A stretch of 64,000 bases of DNA from contig CACALX010000003.1 of the NCBI GenBank assembly GCA_902533445.1, positions 7,111 through 71,110 on the forward strand, read 5' to 3'. Source of the DNA: an uncultured Pelagibacteraceae bacterium (lineage in GTDB: Bacteria; Pseudomonadota; Alphaproteobacteria; Pelagibacterales; Pelagibacteraceae). Of the stretch, positions 31,207 to 41,254 are shown piece by piece (positions within the stretch are counted from its first letter, which is position 1; each line of letters begins with the position of its first letter). The notes beneath the pieces are model-generated. The model was not told the DNA's origin. It saw nothing but the letters and a program-made list of their open reading frames with translations, and did no database searches. The translations under genes and the position numbers were made by a program.

Positions 31207-32532
31207 ATGCAAAAAATTTTCATAAAAACCTTTGGTTGTCAAATGAATGAATATGACTCAAATAGAATTTTTGACTCAGTAAAGAATATTGGTTATCAAA
31301 AAAGTGAAAATTTAGAAGAGGCTGACTGTTACTTATTAAACACTTGTCACATCAGAGATAAAGCAAAAGAAAAAGTTTATTCTGAAATAGGAAGAGTTAA
31401 AAAAAGCTTTAGAACCAAAAAAAAACCATTAGTAATAATTGCAGGATGTGTTGCTCAAGCAGAAAATCAAGAGATGCTTAAACGTGAGCCTTATATAGAT
31501 TTAGTAATTGGCCCTCAAGCGTATCATAAGATTAACGAAACAATTCTGGATCATATTGAAAAAAGAAAAAAAATTGAACAAACAGATTTTGATGCTGTTT
31601 CAAAATTTAAATATTTTAGTAAAATAAAGAATCAAGCAGGTAAAGTTTCGTCTTTTTTAACTATTCAAGAAGGATGTGATAAGTTTTGTCATTTTTGTGT
31701 GGTTCCATATACTCGTGGACCAGAATATTCTAGACCATTCAATCAAATAATTGAGGAGGCAAATTATTTGTCAGATAATGGAGCAAAAGAAATCATACTG
31801 TTGGGACAAAATGTAAATGCTTACATTGATAATAGTAAAAGACTATCTGATTTAATTTTAGAATTTGAAAAGATTAAAGATATAAAAAGAATTAGATACA
31901 CAACTTCGCATCCAAAAGATATGACTGATGATTTAATTGAAGTATATAAAGTCTCTAAAAAGTTAATGCCTTTAGTCCATCTTCCAGTTCAGAGTGGATC
32001 CGATAGGATTTTAAAGTTGATGAATAGAAAACATAAAATAGATCATTATTTAAAAGTCTATGACGAATTGAAAAAAATTAATCAATCAATTGAATTTTCA
32101 AGTGATTTTATTATTGGTTATCCTGGTGAAACTGAAGAAGACTTTCAAAGTACAGTCGATTTAATTAAAAAAGTTAATTTTATAAATTCTTACTCATTTA
32201 TTTTTAGCCCAAGGCCTGGGACAAAGGCAGAAGGCTTAGATTTAATTGATAAAAAAATTTCAATGAAAAGGTTAGAATTTATTCAAAATATATTATCTGA
32301 AAATCAAACCCAAATGAACAAAAAATTAGAAAATAGCACAATTGATGTGTTGGTTGAAAATTTAACTGAAGATAAATCCAAAGCTTTTGGCAGAACTGAA
32401 TATATGACATCAGTAATTTTTAATGGTAAAAGAGAACATATTGGAAAAATTGTGAAAGTAAAAATTACAAATAGTAATAGAACTACATTGTTTGGAGAAT
32501 TGTTAAGCAACCTAGATCAAAAGGTGGCATAA
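31207..32532 (+). CDS. miaB: tRNA methylthiotransferase MiaB
   Basis: GCQMNEYDS, CDKFCHFC radical-SAM motif and TRAM domain. Confidence 0.97.
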   Translation: MQKIFIKTFGCQMNEYDSNRIFDSVKNIGYQKSENLEEADCYLLNTCHIRDKAKEKVYSEIGRVKKSFRTKKKPLVIIAGCVAQAENQEMLKREPYIDLVIGPQAYHKINETILDHIEKRKKIEQTDFDAVSKFKYFSKIKNQAGKVSSFLTIQEGCDKFCHFCVVPYTRGPEYSRPFNQIIEEANYLSDNGAKEIILLGQNVNAYIDNSKRLSDLILEFEKIKDIKRIRYTTSHPKDMTDDLIEVYKVSKKLMPLVHLPVQSGSDRILKLMNRKHKIDHYLKVYDELKKINQSIEFSSDFIIGYPGETEEDFQSTVDLIKKVNFINSYSFIFSPRPGTKAEGLDLIDKKISMKRLEFIQNILSENQTQMNKKLENSTIDVLVENLTEDKSKAFGRTEYMTSVIFNGKREHIGKIVKVKITNSNRTTLFGELLSNLDQKVA

Positions 32533-32535
32533 TCT

Positions 32536-33531
32536 TTGAATAATACAATTAAAAAAAAAATCGATACCACTCTAAAATTTGTTTACTCAGACAACAATTC
32601 ATTAAGTGTAATATTTCACAACAATGAATTACTCATGGGTGTTGCTGGAGAATTTAATAAAAATCTAAAAGAATTAGAAAAGATGACTAACTCTAGTTTG
32701 TATTCTAGGGGAAATTCAATAATGATAAAATCAGATCCACAAAAAAATGAATTAATAAAAAATGCAATTCAATTTTTAACTAATCAATTTATAAATAATG
32801 GTTCAATCGAAAACAAAGATCTTATATCATCAGTTGATCAATTTATGATTAAAGAGAAGGTTAAAAATAATAATGTAACTGACATTATAAAAACACCAAA
32901 AAAATCAATTATTCCCAGATCCGAAAAACAAAAAAGCTATGTCAGAGCTCTAAGACAAAGTGATATTGTAATCTCAGCAGGTCCAGCTGGAACAGGAAAA
33001 ACTTTTTTAGCTGTAGCAGTTGGTTTGACTATGTTGTTAGAAAAAAAAATAGAAAGAATTATTTTATCTAGGCCTGCTGTTGAAGCAGGAGAGAGACTTG
33101 GCTTTTTACCCGGAGATATGAAAGAAAAAGTAGATCCGTATTTAAGACCTTTATATGACTCTTTGTACGACTTATTCGATTTTGAAAAAATACAAAGAAT
33201 GATCGAAATTGGTGATATCGAAATCGCTCCTTTGGCATTTATGAGAGGTAGAACACTAAAAAATTCTTTTGCTATATTAGATGAAGCGCAAAATGCGACA
33301 GATACACAAATAAAAATGTTTTTAACAAGGATCGGTGAAAATTCAAAAATTGTAGTCAATGGAGATCCTACTCAGATAGATCTTCCTAACAAAAGTATGT
33401 CAGGATTAGTTAGATCAAAAGAATTATTGGGGCATCTAAATGAAATTTCAGTTGTAGACTTTAATCATTCAGATGTAGTTAGACATCCACTGGTTTCTAA
33501 AATTGTAAAAGCCTACTCTAAAAATGATTAA
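32536..33531 (+). CDS. phoH: PhoH-family ATPase (YbeZ)
   Basis: GPAGTGKT, RPAVEAGE, MRGRT and DEAQN motifs. Confidence 0.95.
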   Translation: MNNTIKKKIDTTLKFVYSDNNSLSVIFHNNELLMGVAGEFNKNLKELEKMTNSSLYSRGNSIMIKSDPQKNELIKNAIQFLTNQFINNGSIENKDLISSVDQFMIKEKVKNNNVTDIIKTPKKSIIPRSEKQKSYVRALRQSDIVISAGPAGTGKTFLAVAVGLTMLLEKKIERIILSRPAVEAGERLGFLPGDMKEKVDPYLRPLYDSLYDLFDFEKIQRMIEIGDIEIAPLAFMRGRTLKNSFAILDEAQNATDTQIKMFLTRIGENSKIVVNGDPTQIDLPNKSMSGLVRSKELLGHLNEISVVDFNHSDVVRHPLVSKIVKAYSKND

Positions 33532-33985
33532 TTTAAACGTCTTCTCAGAAGAGAAGGCTTGGTCTAAAAAACTTAAAAAAAAAGATTTTTTTTTTAAAAG
33601 TATTTGTGATGTTTTTCCAAAAAAATATAAATTTTTAAATAAAAAAATAAGTTTATCTTTACTTCTTTCAAATAATAAAAAAATTAAAATTTTAAATAAA
33701 AAATTTAGAAATAAAAATAAATCTACTGATATTTTATCTTTCCCATCTAGCAAAATATTAAAAATATCAAAGCAAACTTACTTGGGAGATATAATTATTA
33801 GTTTTAATTTTATGAATAAACCAAAATCACAAACAGATAAACAATTTAAAGAAAAAATAATTAAAACATTTATTCATGGTTTTTTACACTTGTTAGGATT
33901 TGATCATGTAAAAAATAAAGATTATTTAAAAATGTTAAAAGAAGAAGAAAAAATATTTAAATCAGTTATCTCAAAAATTAAGTAA
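33524..33985 (+). CDS. ybeY: rRNA maturation factor YbeY
   Basis: TDILSF and HGFLHLLGFDH motifs. Confidence 0.95.
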   Translation: MINLNVFSEEKAWSKKLKKKDFFFKSICDVFPKKYKFLNKKISLSLLLSNNKKIKILNKKFRNKNKSTDILSFPSSKILKISKQTYLGDIIISFNFMNKPKSQTDKQFKEKIIKTFIHGFLHLLGFDHVKNKDYLKMLKEEEKIFKSVISKIK

Positions 33986-33986
33986 A

Positions 33987-35525
33987 TTGAAAAAAAATTT
34001 ATATATTGATATAGTTTATTTATTGTTTCTTGGAGCAATAACTTCATTAAGTTTACCACCTTTCAATTTGTTAATAATTAATTTTCTATCCTTTAGCTTA
34101 TTCTTTATTTTTTTGATTAAAAAAAAAGAAAGCAAACATAAATTATTTTTTTTCTATGGCTGGTTATTTGGATTTGGATATTTTCTAACAAATATATATT
34201 GGATCTCTATTTCATTAACATTTGATGAAAATTTTAAATTTTTAATTCCATTTGCTCTAATTTTAGTTCCTTCTTTTATTGCGTTATTTTACGGTTTTGT
34301 TTGTTATTTGTTTATTTTCTTTAAACCAAATAAAACTTTGAGTTCAATTTTATTATTTTCGGTAATCTTTGGTTTTCTAGAATTCATTAGAGGTTCAATT
34401 TTATCAGGTTTTCCTTGGAACTTAATTGCATATAGTTTTTCAAATCATTTAGAAGTTCTAAGCATAACATCTTTAATAGGCACATATTCTTTCAACTTAT
34501 TTTGTATAACTTTGTTTCTTAGTCCTGCACTCTTCATTTTACGGAATGACAAAAAAGATTTAATTTTTTGCTTAATTTTACCTTTAATATTTTTATTATT
34601 TTATTTCTTTGGATATTCAAATAAGCAAGATTTTTACAATAATGATGTTGAAAAACTTGATTATAAAATAAGATTAGTTGGTACGGATATTTCTTTGGAT
34701 AGGTTTTATTCAGGAGAGGGGGCTTTATCAACTATAAAAGATCTTATAAATATTAGTTCACCAAACAAGAAAGAGAAAATAATTTTCATTTGGCCAGAAG
34801 GTATATTGCCTGGAATTTCTCAGGATCAAATTCAAAGTTATGATTATTTATTTAATGAAAGTTTTAACGAAAATCATTTACTCATTTTAGGCATTAACAA
34901 TAAATCAAAAGTTAATGATCAAGTTATGTATTACAATTCTTTATCTGTTTATGATCATAATCTTAATTTATTAAATTATTATAATAAAATAAAACTTGTA
35001 CCGTTTGGCGAATTTCTACCCATGGAAAATTTATTAAAAAAATTAGGTCTCAAATCTTTAACTAACAATTATCAATCCTACTCAAAAGGTCAAAAAAGGG
35101 AAATTATAGAGTTAAATCAAAAAAATTTTTCTATAAAATTTTTACCATTAATTTGTTATGAGATAATTTATTCTGGAAAACTATATAAAAATCATGACTT
35201 TGATATAATAGTAAATATTTCAGAGGATGGATGGTTTGGTCAATCAATAGGACCAGAACAACACTTTGTTCACAGCATATTTCGAGCTATCGAAAGTGGA
35301 AAATATGTAATTAGATCAGCTAATAATGGAATAGCTGCGATAGTAAATCCTCTCGGTATCGTTGAGGAAAAAATTAACTTTAATGAAGTTGGATATATTG
35401 ATTTTACGAAAATGAGAAAAATTCAACCAACAGTCTTTTCTAAATATGGGAATAAAATTTTTGGTTTAATAATTTTATTGTATATTTTTTTAATATTTTC
35501 ATTTAATAGAATTAAAAATGAGTAA
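33987..35525 (+). CDS. lnt: Apolipoprotein N-acyltransferase
   Basis: GFPW, WPE, KLVPFGE, ICYE and RSANNG motifs. Confidence 0.95.
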   Translation: MKKNLYIDIVYLLFLGAITSLSLPPFNLLIINFLSFSLFFIFLIKKKESKHKLFFFYGWLFGFGYFLTNIYWISISLTFDENFKFLIPFALILVPSFIALFYGFVCYLFIFFKPNKTLSSILLFSVIFGFLEFIRGSILSGFPWNLIAYSFSNHLEVLSITSLIGTYSFNLFCITLFLSPALFILRNDKKDLIFCLILPLIFLLFYFFGYSNKQDFYNNDVEKLDYKIRLVGTDISLDRFYSGEGALSTIKDLINISSPNKKEKIIFIWPEGILPGISQDQIQSYDYLFNESFNENHLLILGINNKSKVNDQVMYYNSLSVYDHNLNLLNYYNKIKLVPFGEFLPMENLLKKLGLKSLTNNYQSYSKGQKREIIELNQKNFSIKFLPLICYEIIYSGKLYKNHDFDIIVNISEDGWFGQSIGPEQHFVHSIFRAIESGKYVIRSANNGIAAIVNPLGIVEEKINFNEVGYIDFTKMRKIQPTVFSKYGNKIFGLIILLYIFLIFSFNRIKNE

Positions 35526-36687
35526 TTTAAAAAATTTCCTATTTACAAGCGAGTCCGTTTCAGAGGGACATCCAGATAAAGTTTCAGATAGAATTTCTGA
35601 TATGGTTGTTGATAGTTACATTTCTGGAGATCCTTTTTCAAGAATTGCTTGTGAAACTTTAACGACAACAAACAAAGTTGTGCTTGCAGGTGAGGTAAGA
35701 GGGCCTGAGATTAAAAAAGATGATTTAATCGAAAAAGTAAGGAATTGTATAAAAGATATTGGATATGATCAGGAAGGATTTACCTGGAAAGAAGCAACAA
35801 AAATAGAAAGTCATTTGCATTCTCAATCTGCTGATATTGCAATGGGTGTGGACTCATCTGGAAATAAAGATGAGGGTGCAGGAGACCAAGGTATAATGTT
35901 TGGTTATGCATGTAATGAAACAGATGCATTTATGCCTGCACCAATTCATTATTCGCATAAAATTTTAAGACTTATGGCCGAGGATAGAAAATCTGGTAAA
36001 TTAAAAAATATTGAACCTGACTCAAAAAGCCAAGTTACATTCGAATATGTTGATGGTAAACCGACTAAAGTAAAATCTGTTGTTATATCATCCCAACATT
36101 CTTCTGATATTAATCAAGCCCAGGTGAGAGAATTATTAAGACCGTATATGTTAAAATCAATTCCAGAAAAATTTCTTAAAGACTTTAATGACGAAGAGTT
36201 TTATGTAAACCCAACTGGTAATTTTGTAATAGGTGGTCCAGATGGGGACTGTGGTTTAACAGGAAGAAAAATTATTGTGGATACCTATGGTGGAGCAGCA
36301 CCCCATGGAGGAGGAGCATTTTCAGGTAAGGATCCTACAAAAGTAGATAGATCTGCTGCTTATGCGGCAAGATACATTGCTAAAAATGTTGTTGCTTCAA
36401 AAATAGCAGATAAATGTTTGATACAGTTAGCTTATGCAATAGGAGTTTCAAAACCTTTATCAATTTATGTTGATTTGTTTGATAATGATTTAGATAAAAT
36501 CAAATTTGTTCTTGAAAAGATTAATGAAAATTTTGATCTCAGTCCTAGAGGAATTAGAGAGATGTTAAACCTTAATAGACCTATATATGAAAAAACAGCA
36601 GCCTATGGTCACTTTGGTAGAACTCCAAGAGATGATGGATCATTTTCGTGGGAAAAAACTGATAAAATCAACGTTTTTTCTAAATAG
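35518..36687 (+). CDS. metK: S-adenosylmethionine synthase
   Basis: [19 protein letters not shown] and GGGAFSGKD motifs. Confidence 0.99.
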   Translation: MSNLKNFLFTSESVSEGHPDKVSDRISDMVVDSYISGDPFSRIACETLTTTNKVVLAGEVRGPEIKKDDLIEKVRNCIKDIGYDQEGFTWKEATKIESHLHSQSADIAMGVDSSGNKDEGAGDQGIMFGYACNETDAFMPAPIHYSHKILRLMAEDRKSGKLKNIEPDSKSQVTFEYVDGKPTKVKSVVISSQHSSDINQAQVRELLRPYMLKSIPEKFLKDFNDEEFYVNPTGNFVIGGPDGDCGLTGRKIIVDTYGGAAPHGGGAFSGKDPTKVDRSAAYAARYIAKNVVASKIADKCLIQLAYAIGVSKPLSIYVDLFDNDLDKIKFVLEKINENFDLSPRGIREMLNLNRPIYEKTAAYGHFGRTPRDDGSFSWEKTDKINVFSK

Positions 36688-36693
36688 TTTCAG

Positions 36694-36721
36694 TTGAATT
36701 AAAAAAAAACTTTACTATATT
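36694..36721 (+). promoter_or_regulatory. Candidate sigma-70 promoter of the nusA operon
   Basis: TTGAAT-N16-TATATT. Confidence 0.45.
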
Positions 36722-36743
36722 CCACTTACATTGTTGAATTATC

Positions 36744-36770
36744 AAAATGGGCTCTGGCCCATTTTTTTTT
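36744..36770 (+). terminator. Terminator-like hairpin immediately upstream of nusA (rimP-leader-like)
   Basis: AAAATGGGC-TCTG-GCCCATTTT with the T run continuing to 36770, directly before the GGAG SD. Confidence 0.8.
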
Positions 36771-36784
36771 GGAGCAGATAAAAA

Positions 36785-38338
36785 ATGTTAAATAAAAGAG
36801 CAGATAAATTAGAATTATTAAGAATTGCTGAAGCAGTAGCTTTGGAAAAATCGATAGATAAAGAACTTATAATAAGTTCTATGGAAACAGGAATAGCTAA
36901 AGCAGCTAAATCTAAATTTGGTCAAGAAAATGAAATCAAAGTTTCAATCAATAGAGATAATGGAGACATAGAATTATTCAGAAAACTTGTTATTTCTGAA
37001 AATCCTGAAAATGCAAATACAGAAATAAAATTAGAAGATGCGATAAGTCTTAATGAGAATAATAAAGATAAATCAATCGGTGATGAAGTTCTTCAGCCAT
37101 TACCATCTTTTGATTTTGGTAGAATAGCTGCTCAAACTGCAAAACAGGTAATAAGTTTTAATGTTAGAGAAGCAGAGAGAGAAAGACAATTTAATGACTT
37201 TATTGATAAAAAAGATACAATTTTAAGTGGTATTGTTAAGAGATTAGAATTTGGAAGTGTTATTGTTGATCTAGGTAGAACAGAAGCAATCATTCAAAAA
37301 AATGAATTAATTCCTAGAGAAAATATTAAAGCTGGTGATAGAGTAAAAGCTTATTGTTATGACGTAAGAAGAGAGCCAAGAGGTCAACAAATCTTCTTGT
37401 CTAGAGCTCACCCAAAATTTATGGAAAAACTTTTTGTTCAAGAAGTGCCAGAAATATATGATGGATTAATTGAAATTAAATCTTCTTCGAGAGATCCTGG
37501 AAGTAGAGCAAAGATTTGTGTTAAGGCAGTTGATACATCATTAGACCCTGTTGGAGCTTGTGTTGGTATGAGAGGTTCTAGAGTTCAGGCAGTTGTAAAT
37601 GAACTTCAAGGAGAAAAAATTGATATTGTGAATTGGTCAGAGGATGCTGCAATATTAGTATCAAATGCTTTGTCGCCTGCAGAAGTTCAAAGAGTTAATG
37701 TTGATGTAGAAAGAAAAAAACTTGATGTGATTTTAACTGAAGAAAATTTGAGTAAAGCGATTGGTCGAAGGGGTCAAAATGTAAGATTGGCAACCAAGTT
37801 GTTGAATTATGAAATTAATATTATGACTGATGCGGAAGACTCCGAGAGAAGACAGTTAGAATTCAAAGAAAAAACAGATAACTTTGTTAAAAACTTAGAA
37901 TTGGATGAAACTTTAGGTCAGTTATTAGTTGCTGAAGGTTTTTCAACAATAGACGATATTAAAGATAGCTTGCCAGAAAATTTAACTAAAATAGAGGGAA
38001 TTGAGGAAGAAACAGCAATTGCGTTAATTGATAGAGCGAAAGAGTTTCATCAAAAAGATCAAGAAGATATATCAGAAAGAATTAAAGAGCTTGGTCTACA
38101 AGATGCTCTTATCAACCTTAAAGGTTTAACTCCAGGAATGTTAGTTACATTGGGTGAACAAAAAATATTGACATTAGAAGATTTTGCAGATCTTGCATCT
38201 GATGAACTTACTGGTGGCTACGATGTAGTTAAAGGAGAGAGAGTTAAAATTCAGGGTTATCTAGAGGATTTTGCTTTATCTAAAGAAGAGGCAGATGAAT
38301 TAATTATGTCTGCTAGAAATATAATTTATAAAGATTGA
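36785..38338 (+). CDS. nusA: Transcription factor NusA
   Basis: FGRIAAQTAKQ, RDPGSRAK, GACVGMRG and AIGRRGQNVRLA motifs. Confidence 0.99.
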   Translation: MLNKRADKLELLRIAEAVALEKSIDKELIISSMETGIAKAAKSKFGQENEIKVSINRDNGDIELFRKLVISENPENANTEIKLEDAISLNENNKDKSIGDEVLQPLPSFDFGRIAAQTAKQVISFNVREAERERQFNDFIDKKDTILSGIVKRLEFGSVIVDLGRTEAIIQKNELIPRENIKAGDRVKAYCYDVRREPRGQQIFLSRAHPKFMEKLFVQEVPEIYDGLIEIKSSSRDPGSRAKICVKAVDTSLDPVGACVGMRGSRVQAVVNELQGEKIDIVNWSEDAAILVSNALSPAEVQRVNVDVERKKLDVILTEENLSKAIGRRGQNVRLATKLLNYEINIMTDAEDSERRQLEFKEKTDNFVKNLELDETLGQLLVAEGFSTIDDIKDSLPENLTKIEGIEEETAIALIDRAKEFHQKDQEDISERIKELGLQDALINLKGLTPGMLVTLGEQKILTLEDFADLASDELTGGYDVVKGERVKIQGYLEDFALSKEEADELIMSARNIIYKD

Positions 38339-38348
38339 GAGATGAGCA

Positions 38349-40565
38349 ATGGAGAAAAAAACAAAATTAACAATATCCGGCTCTGCAAAGAAATCTATAA
38401 GAAATATTGAGATAGCTAAAACTCAAGGAAAAAATTCTAGAGTAATTGAAAAACAAAGCGGAAAATTCACTAATAGAGGTGGATCTTTTAGACCCGGTGC
38501 AGGAAAACCAAAATCTACTACTTCACTTAATAGAGGTGCACCATTAAAACCATCTTTTGCACCAAAATCTCCTCCAATCACAAGTGATTTTGAAAGGAGA
38601 AAACTGGCAGAACAAAGAGCCACCAAAAGACTCAAGGGAGATAGTGAAAAAGATAAAAAAACATTAAAAGCTGGAACAAAAAAAAGAGAATTAAAATTAA
38701 CTGTTTCAAGAGCATTAAGTGATGAAATAGAAGCAAGAGAAAGAAGTTTAGCATCAGTTAAAAGAGCTCGACAAAAAGAAATGAAAAACTCTTCTAAAGA
38801 AGAGACACAAGAAAATTCAAAACCAGTAAAAAGAGACATAAATATTCCAGAAGCAATAACTGTTAGAGAGCTAGCTAATAGAATGGCGGAGCAATCTAGT
38901 AATGTAATTAAATATTTATTTGGGATGGGAGTAACTGTAACAATCAATCAAACTTTAGCTGCTGACACAGCTGAATTTTTAGTCAAAGAATTTGGACATA
39001 ATCCAATAAGAGAAGAAAAAGCAGAAGAAATTATTCAAAAAATAAAAGCTACTAGAGTAGAAAATTTAAAAAATAGACCACCTATTGTTACAGTTATGGG
39101 CCATGTTGATCATGGTAAAACTTCTGTTTTAGATGTTTTAAGAAGTGCAAATGTAGTTTCAGGAGAGTTCGGTGGAATAACTCAGCATATCGGAGCATAC
39201 CAAATTGAAACTCAAAATAATAAATTAACTTTTATAGACACTCCAGGTCACGCAGCTTTTACTGAAATGAGAGCTAGAGGATCAAAATTAACAGATGTAG
39301 TAGTTTTGGTTGTTGCAGCTGATGATGGAGTAAAGCCACAAACAGTGGAGTCTATAAAACATGCAAAAGCTGCGAATGTTCCAATTGTAGTTGCAATAAA
39401 TAAATGTGATCTTCCTGAAGCTGATCCACAGAAAATTAAAAATCAATTACTTGAACATGAGTTAATAGCAGAAGATTTATCTGGTGATACTTTAATGGTT
39501 GAGGTCTCTACAAAAACTAAACAAAATTTAGATAAGTTAGTTGAGTCTATCATTTTACAAGCTGAAATTTTAGACCTTAAGACTGATTATGAGTCTAAGG
39601 CAACAGGAATCGTTTTAGAATCAAAAATAGACGTTGGCAGAGGACCAGTTGCAAATATTATTGTAACAACAGGTACTCTCAAAAAGGGCGACTTTTTTGT
39701 AAGTGGTTTAAGATGGGGAAAAGTTAGAGCAATAATTAATGATAAAGGTCAAAATATTAGCGAGGCTCCACCATCAACTCCTGTAGAAGTTTTGGGTATA
39801 AATGGTGCTGCTAAAGCTGGGGATGATTTTATTGTTTTAGACACTGAAAAAGAGGCTAAAACTTTGAGTGAAAATAGAGCTCAAGAGAGCAAAGATGGAA
39901 AAAACCCGTTAACCTTTGCAACACAAGATTCTGCTTTTTCAGATAAGTCTTCTGAGGAATTAAATTTAATTATTAAATCCGATGTACAAGGATCATCTGA
40001 GGCTATCAAAAATGCAATTGCTCAAATTAAACATGAAGAAGTGAAACCAAAAATAATTTTAGCAGACATTGGAATGGTAACAGAGACTGATGTTACATTA
40101 GCAAAAGCATCTAATGCTGTTCTAATAGCCTTTAATGTTAAACCGAGCAAAGAGGCTAAAAAACTTGCTGAAAATGAAAAAATAAAAATCTCTTCTTATA
40201 ACATCATTTATGAAGTGTTGGATTATGTTAAACAAAAAATGTCTGGGCTATTATCTCCTGATGTTCAAGAAACAATTACTGGAACAGCACAAATTCTCGA
40301 GGTATTCAAAGTTTCGGGTGCTGGAAAAGTTGCAGGCTCAAAAATTATAGAAGGTGAAATAAATAGTAATTCTGATGTAAGAATTATTAGAGATGGTGCA
40401 ATAATTTACACAGGAAAAGTTTCAACAATTTTTAGAGAAAAAAACCAAGTAAAACAAGTTAGTGATGGTCAAGAATGTGGAATCACCGTTAAAGATTATA
40501 TGGATTTCCAAAAAAACGACACAATAGAGGCATTTAGTGTTACATCTACAGAGAGATCGATTTAA
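38349..40565 (+). CDS. infB: Translation initiation factor IF-2
   Basis: GHVDHGKT, DTPGH and NKCD motifs. Confidence 0.99.
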   Translation: MEKKTKLTISGSAKKSIRNIEIAKTQGKNSRVIEKQSGKFTNRGGSFRPGAGKPKSTTSLNRGAPLKPSFAPKSPPITSDFERRKLAEQRATKRLKGDSEKDKKTLKAGTKKRELKLTVSRALSDEIEARERSLASVKRARQKEMKNSSKEETQENSKPVKRDINIPEAITVRELANRMAEQSSNVIKYLFGMGVTVTINQTLAADTAEFLVKEFGHNPIREEKAEEIIQKIKATRVENLKNRPPIVTVMGHVDHGKTSVLDVLRSANVVSGEFGGITQHIGAYQIETQNNKLTFIDTPGHAAFTEMRARGSKLTDVVVLVVAADDGVKPQTVESIKHAKAANVPIVVAINKCDLPEADPQKIKNQLLEHELIAEDLSGDTLMVEVSTKTKQNLDKLVESIILQAEILDLKTDYESKATGIVLESKIDVGRGPVANIIVTTGTLKKGDFFVSGLRWGKVRAIINDKGQNISEAPPSTPVEVLGINGAAKAGDDFIVLDTEKEAKTLSENRAQESKDGKNPLTFATQDSAFSDKSSEELNLIIKSDVQGSSEAIKNAIAQIKHEEVKPKIILADIGMVTETDVTLAKASNAVLIAFNVKPSKEAKKLAENEKIKISSYNIIYEVLDYVKQKMSGLLSPDVQETITGTAQILEVFKVSGAGKVAGSKIIEGEINSNSDVRIIRDGAIIYTGKVSTIFREKNQVKQVSDGQECGITVKDYMDFQKNDTIEAFSVTSTERSI

Positions 40566-40933
40566 TGGCTGATAGAGTAGGAAAACCAGTATCACAAAGA
40601 CAGCTTAGAGTTGGAGAGATGATTAAGCAGTCTTTAAGCATGATTTTTATAAGAAATGAGGCTAAGGTGCCAAATTTAGAAACAAATACTATAACAGTTA
40701 CTGAGGTTAGAATGAGTCCTGATTTAAAAATTGCTAAAGCATATGTTCTTCCATTAGGAGGAAAAGATGCTGAGGAAACAATTAATGTTTTGAAAGAATA
40801 CTCATTTTTAATAAGAAAAATTTTATCACAAAAAGTGGTTATGAAATTTTTACCAAAATTACTTTTTAGAAAAGATGAATCTTTTGAGTATGCGGAAAAA
40901 ATAGAAAACTTAATAAAACAAACAAATGAATAG
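40565..40933 (+). CDS. rbfA: Ribosome-binding factor A
   Basis: RQLRVGE, VRMSPDLK and PKLLFRKDESF motifs. Confidence 0.96.
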   Translation: MADRVGKPVSQRQLRVGEMIKQSLSMIFIRNEAKVPNLETNTITVTEVRMSPDLKIAKAYVLPLGGKDAEETINVLKEYSFLIRKILSQKVVMKFLPKLLFRKDESFEYAEKIENLIKQTNE

Positions 40934-40945
40934 GAAGAAAGAGGC

Positions 40946-41194
40946 ATGAATAAAAAGGCGCAAGAATTAGCAATGCATGATAAAGATACTGGATCTTCAG
41001 AAATCCAAATCGCTTTGCTAACAGAGAAAATTGAAACTCTCTCTAAGCATATTAAGCAATTCAAGAAGGATAAACATTCATCTGTGGGATTGTTGAGAGC
41101 AGTAAATAGAAGAAAGAAATTGTTAGAATACCTTAAGAAAAATAAAATGGATTCTTACAAAAATGTACTGTCGAAATTGAATTTAAGAAAATAG
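40946..41194 (+). CDS. rpsO: 30S ribosomal protein S15
   Basis: DTGSSEIQIA, KDKHS and RRKKLLEYL motifs. Confidence 0.96.
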   Translation: MNKKAQELAMHDKDTGSSEIQIALLTEKIETLSKHIKQFKKDKHSSVGLLRAVNRRKKLLEYLKKNKMDSYKNVLSKLNLRK

Positions 41195-41209
41195 AAGTCA
41201 AGATAGATA

Positions 41210-41254
41210 GAACGGAATGGAACGAAACGAACGAAACGAAATGGAAATGAAATG
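41210..41254 (+). repeat. Degenerate (R)AAYG tandem array, 9 units, ending in the pnp ATG
   Basis: GAACGGAATGGAACGAAACGAACGAAACGAAATGGAAATGAAATG. Confidence 0.9.

Noticed and set aside
35440-35520. SAM riboswitch ahead of metK
   Set aside because: metK overlaps the lnt stop, there is no leader space, and I see no SAM-II/SAM-V-like sequence.
38423-38947. 174-aa antisense ORF in infB, and similar antisense ORFs in leuS, dnaK, grpE, maeB, phoH, pnp, fabB and ubiB
   Set aside because: These are shadows of conserved genes, with Phe/Ser/Leu-rich composition and no motifs or SD.
40546-41064. 172-aa antisense ORF spanning rbfA and rpsO
   Set aside because: It arises because the two genes are in frame with each other; the product has no recognisable features.
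41210-41254. AAYG array or twin hairpins as a CRISPR array
   Set aside because: The units are 4-6 nt without spacers, the hairpins are only two copies about 290 bp apart, and there are no cas genes.
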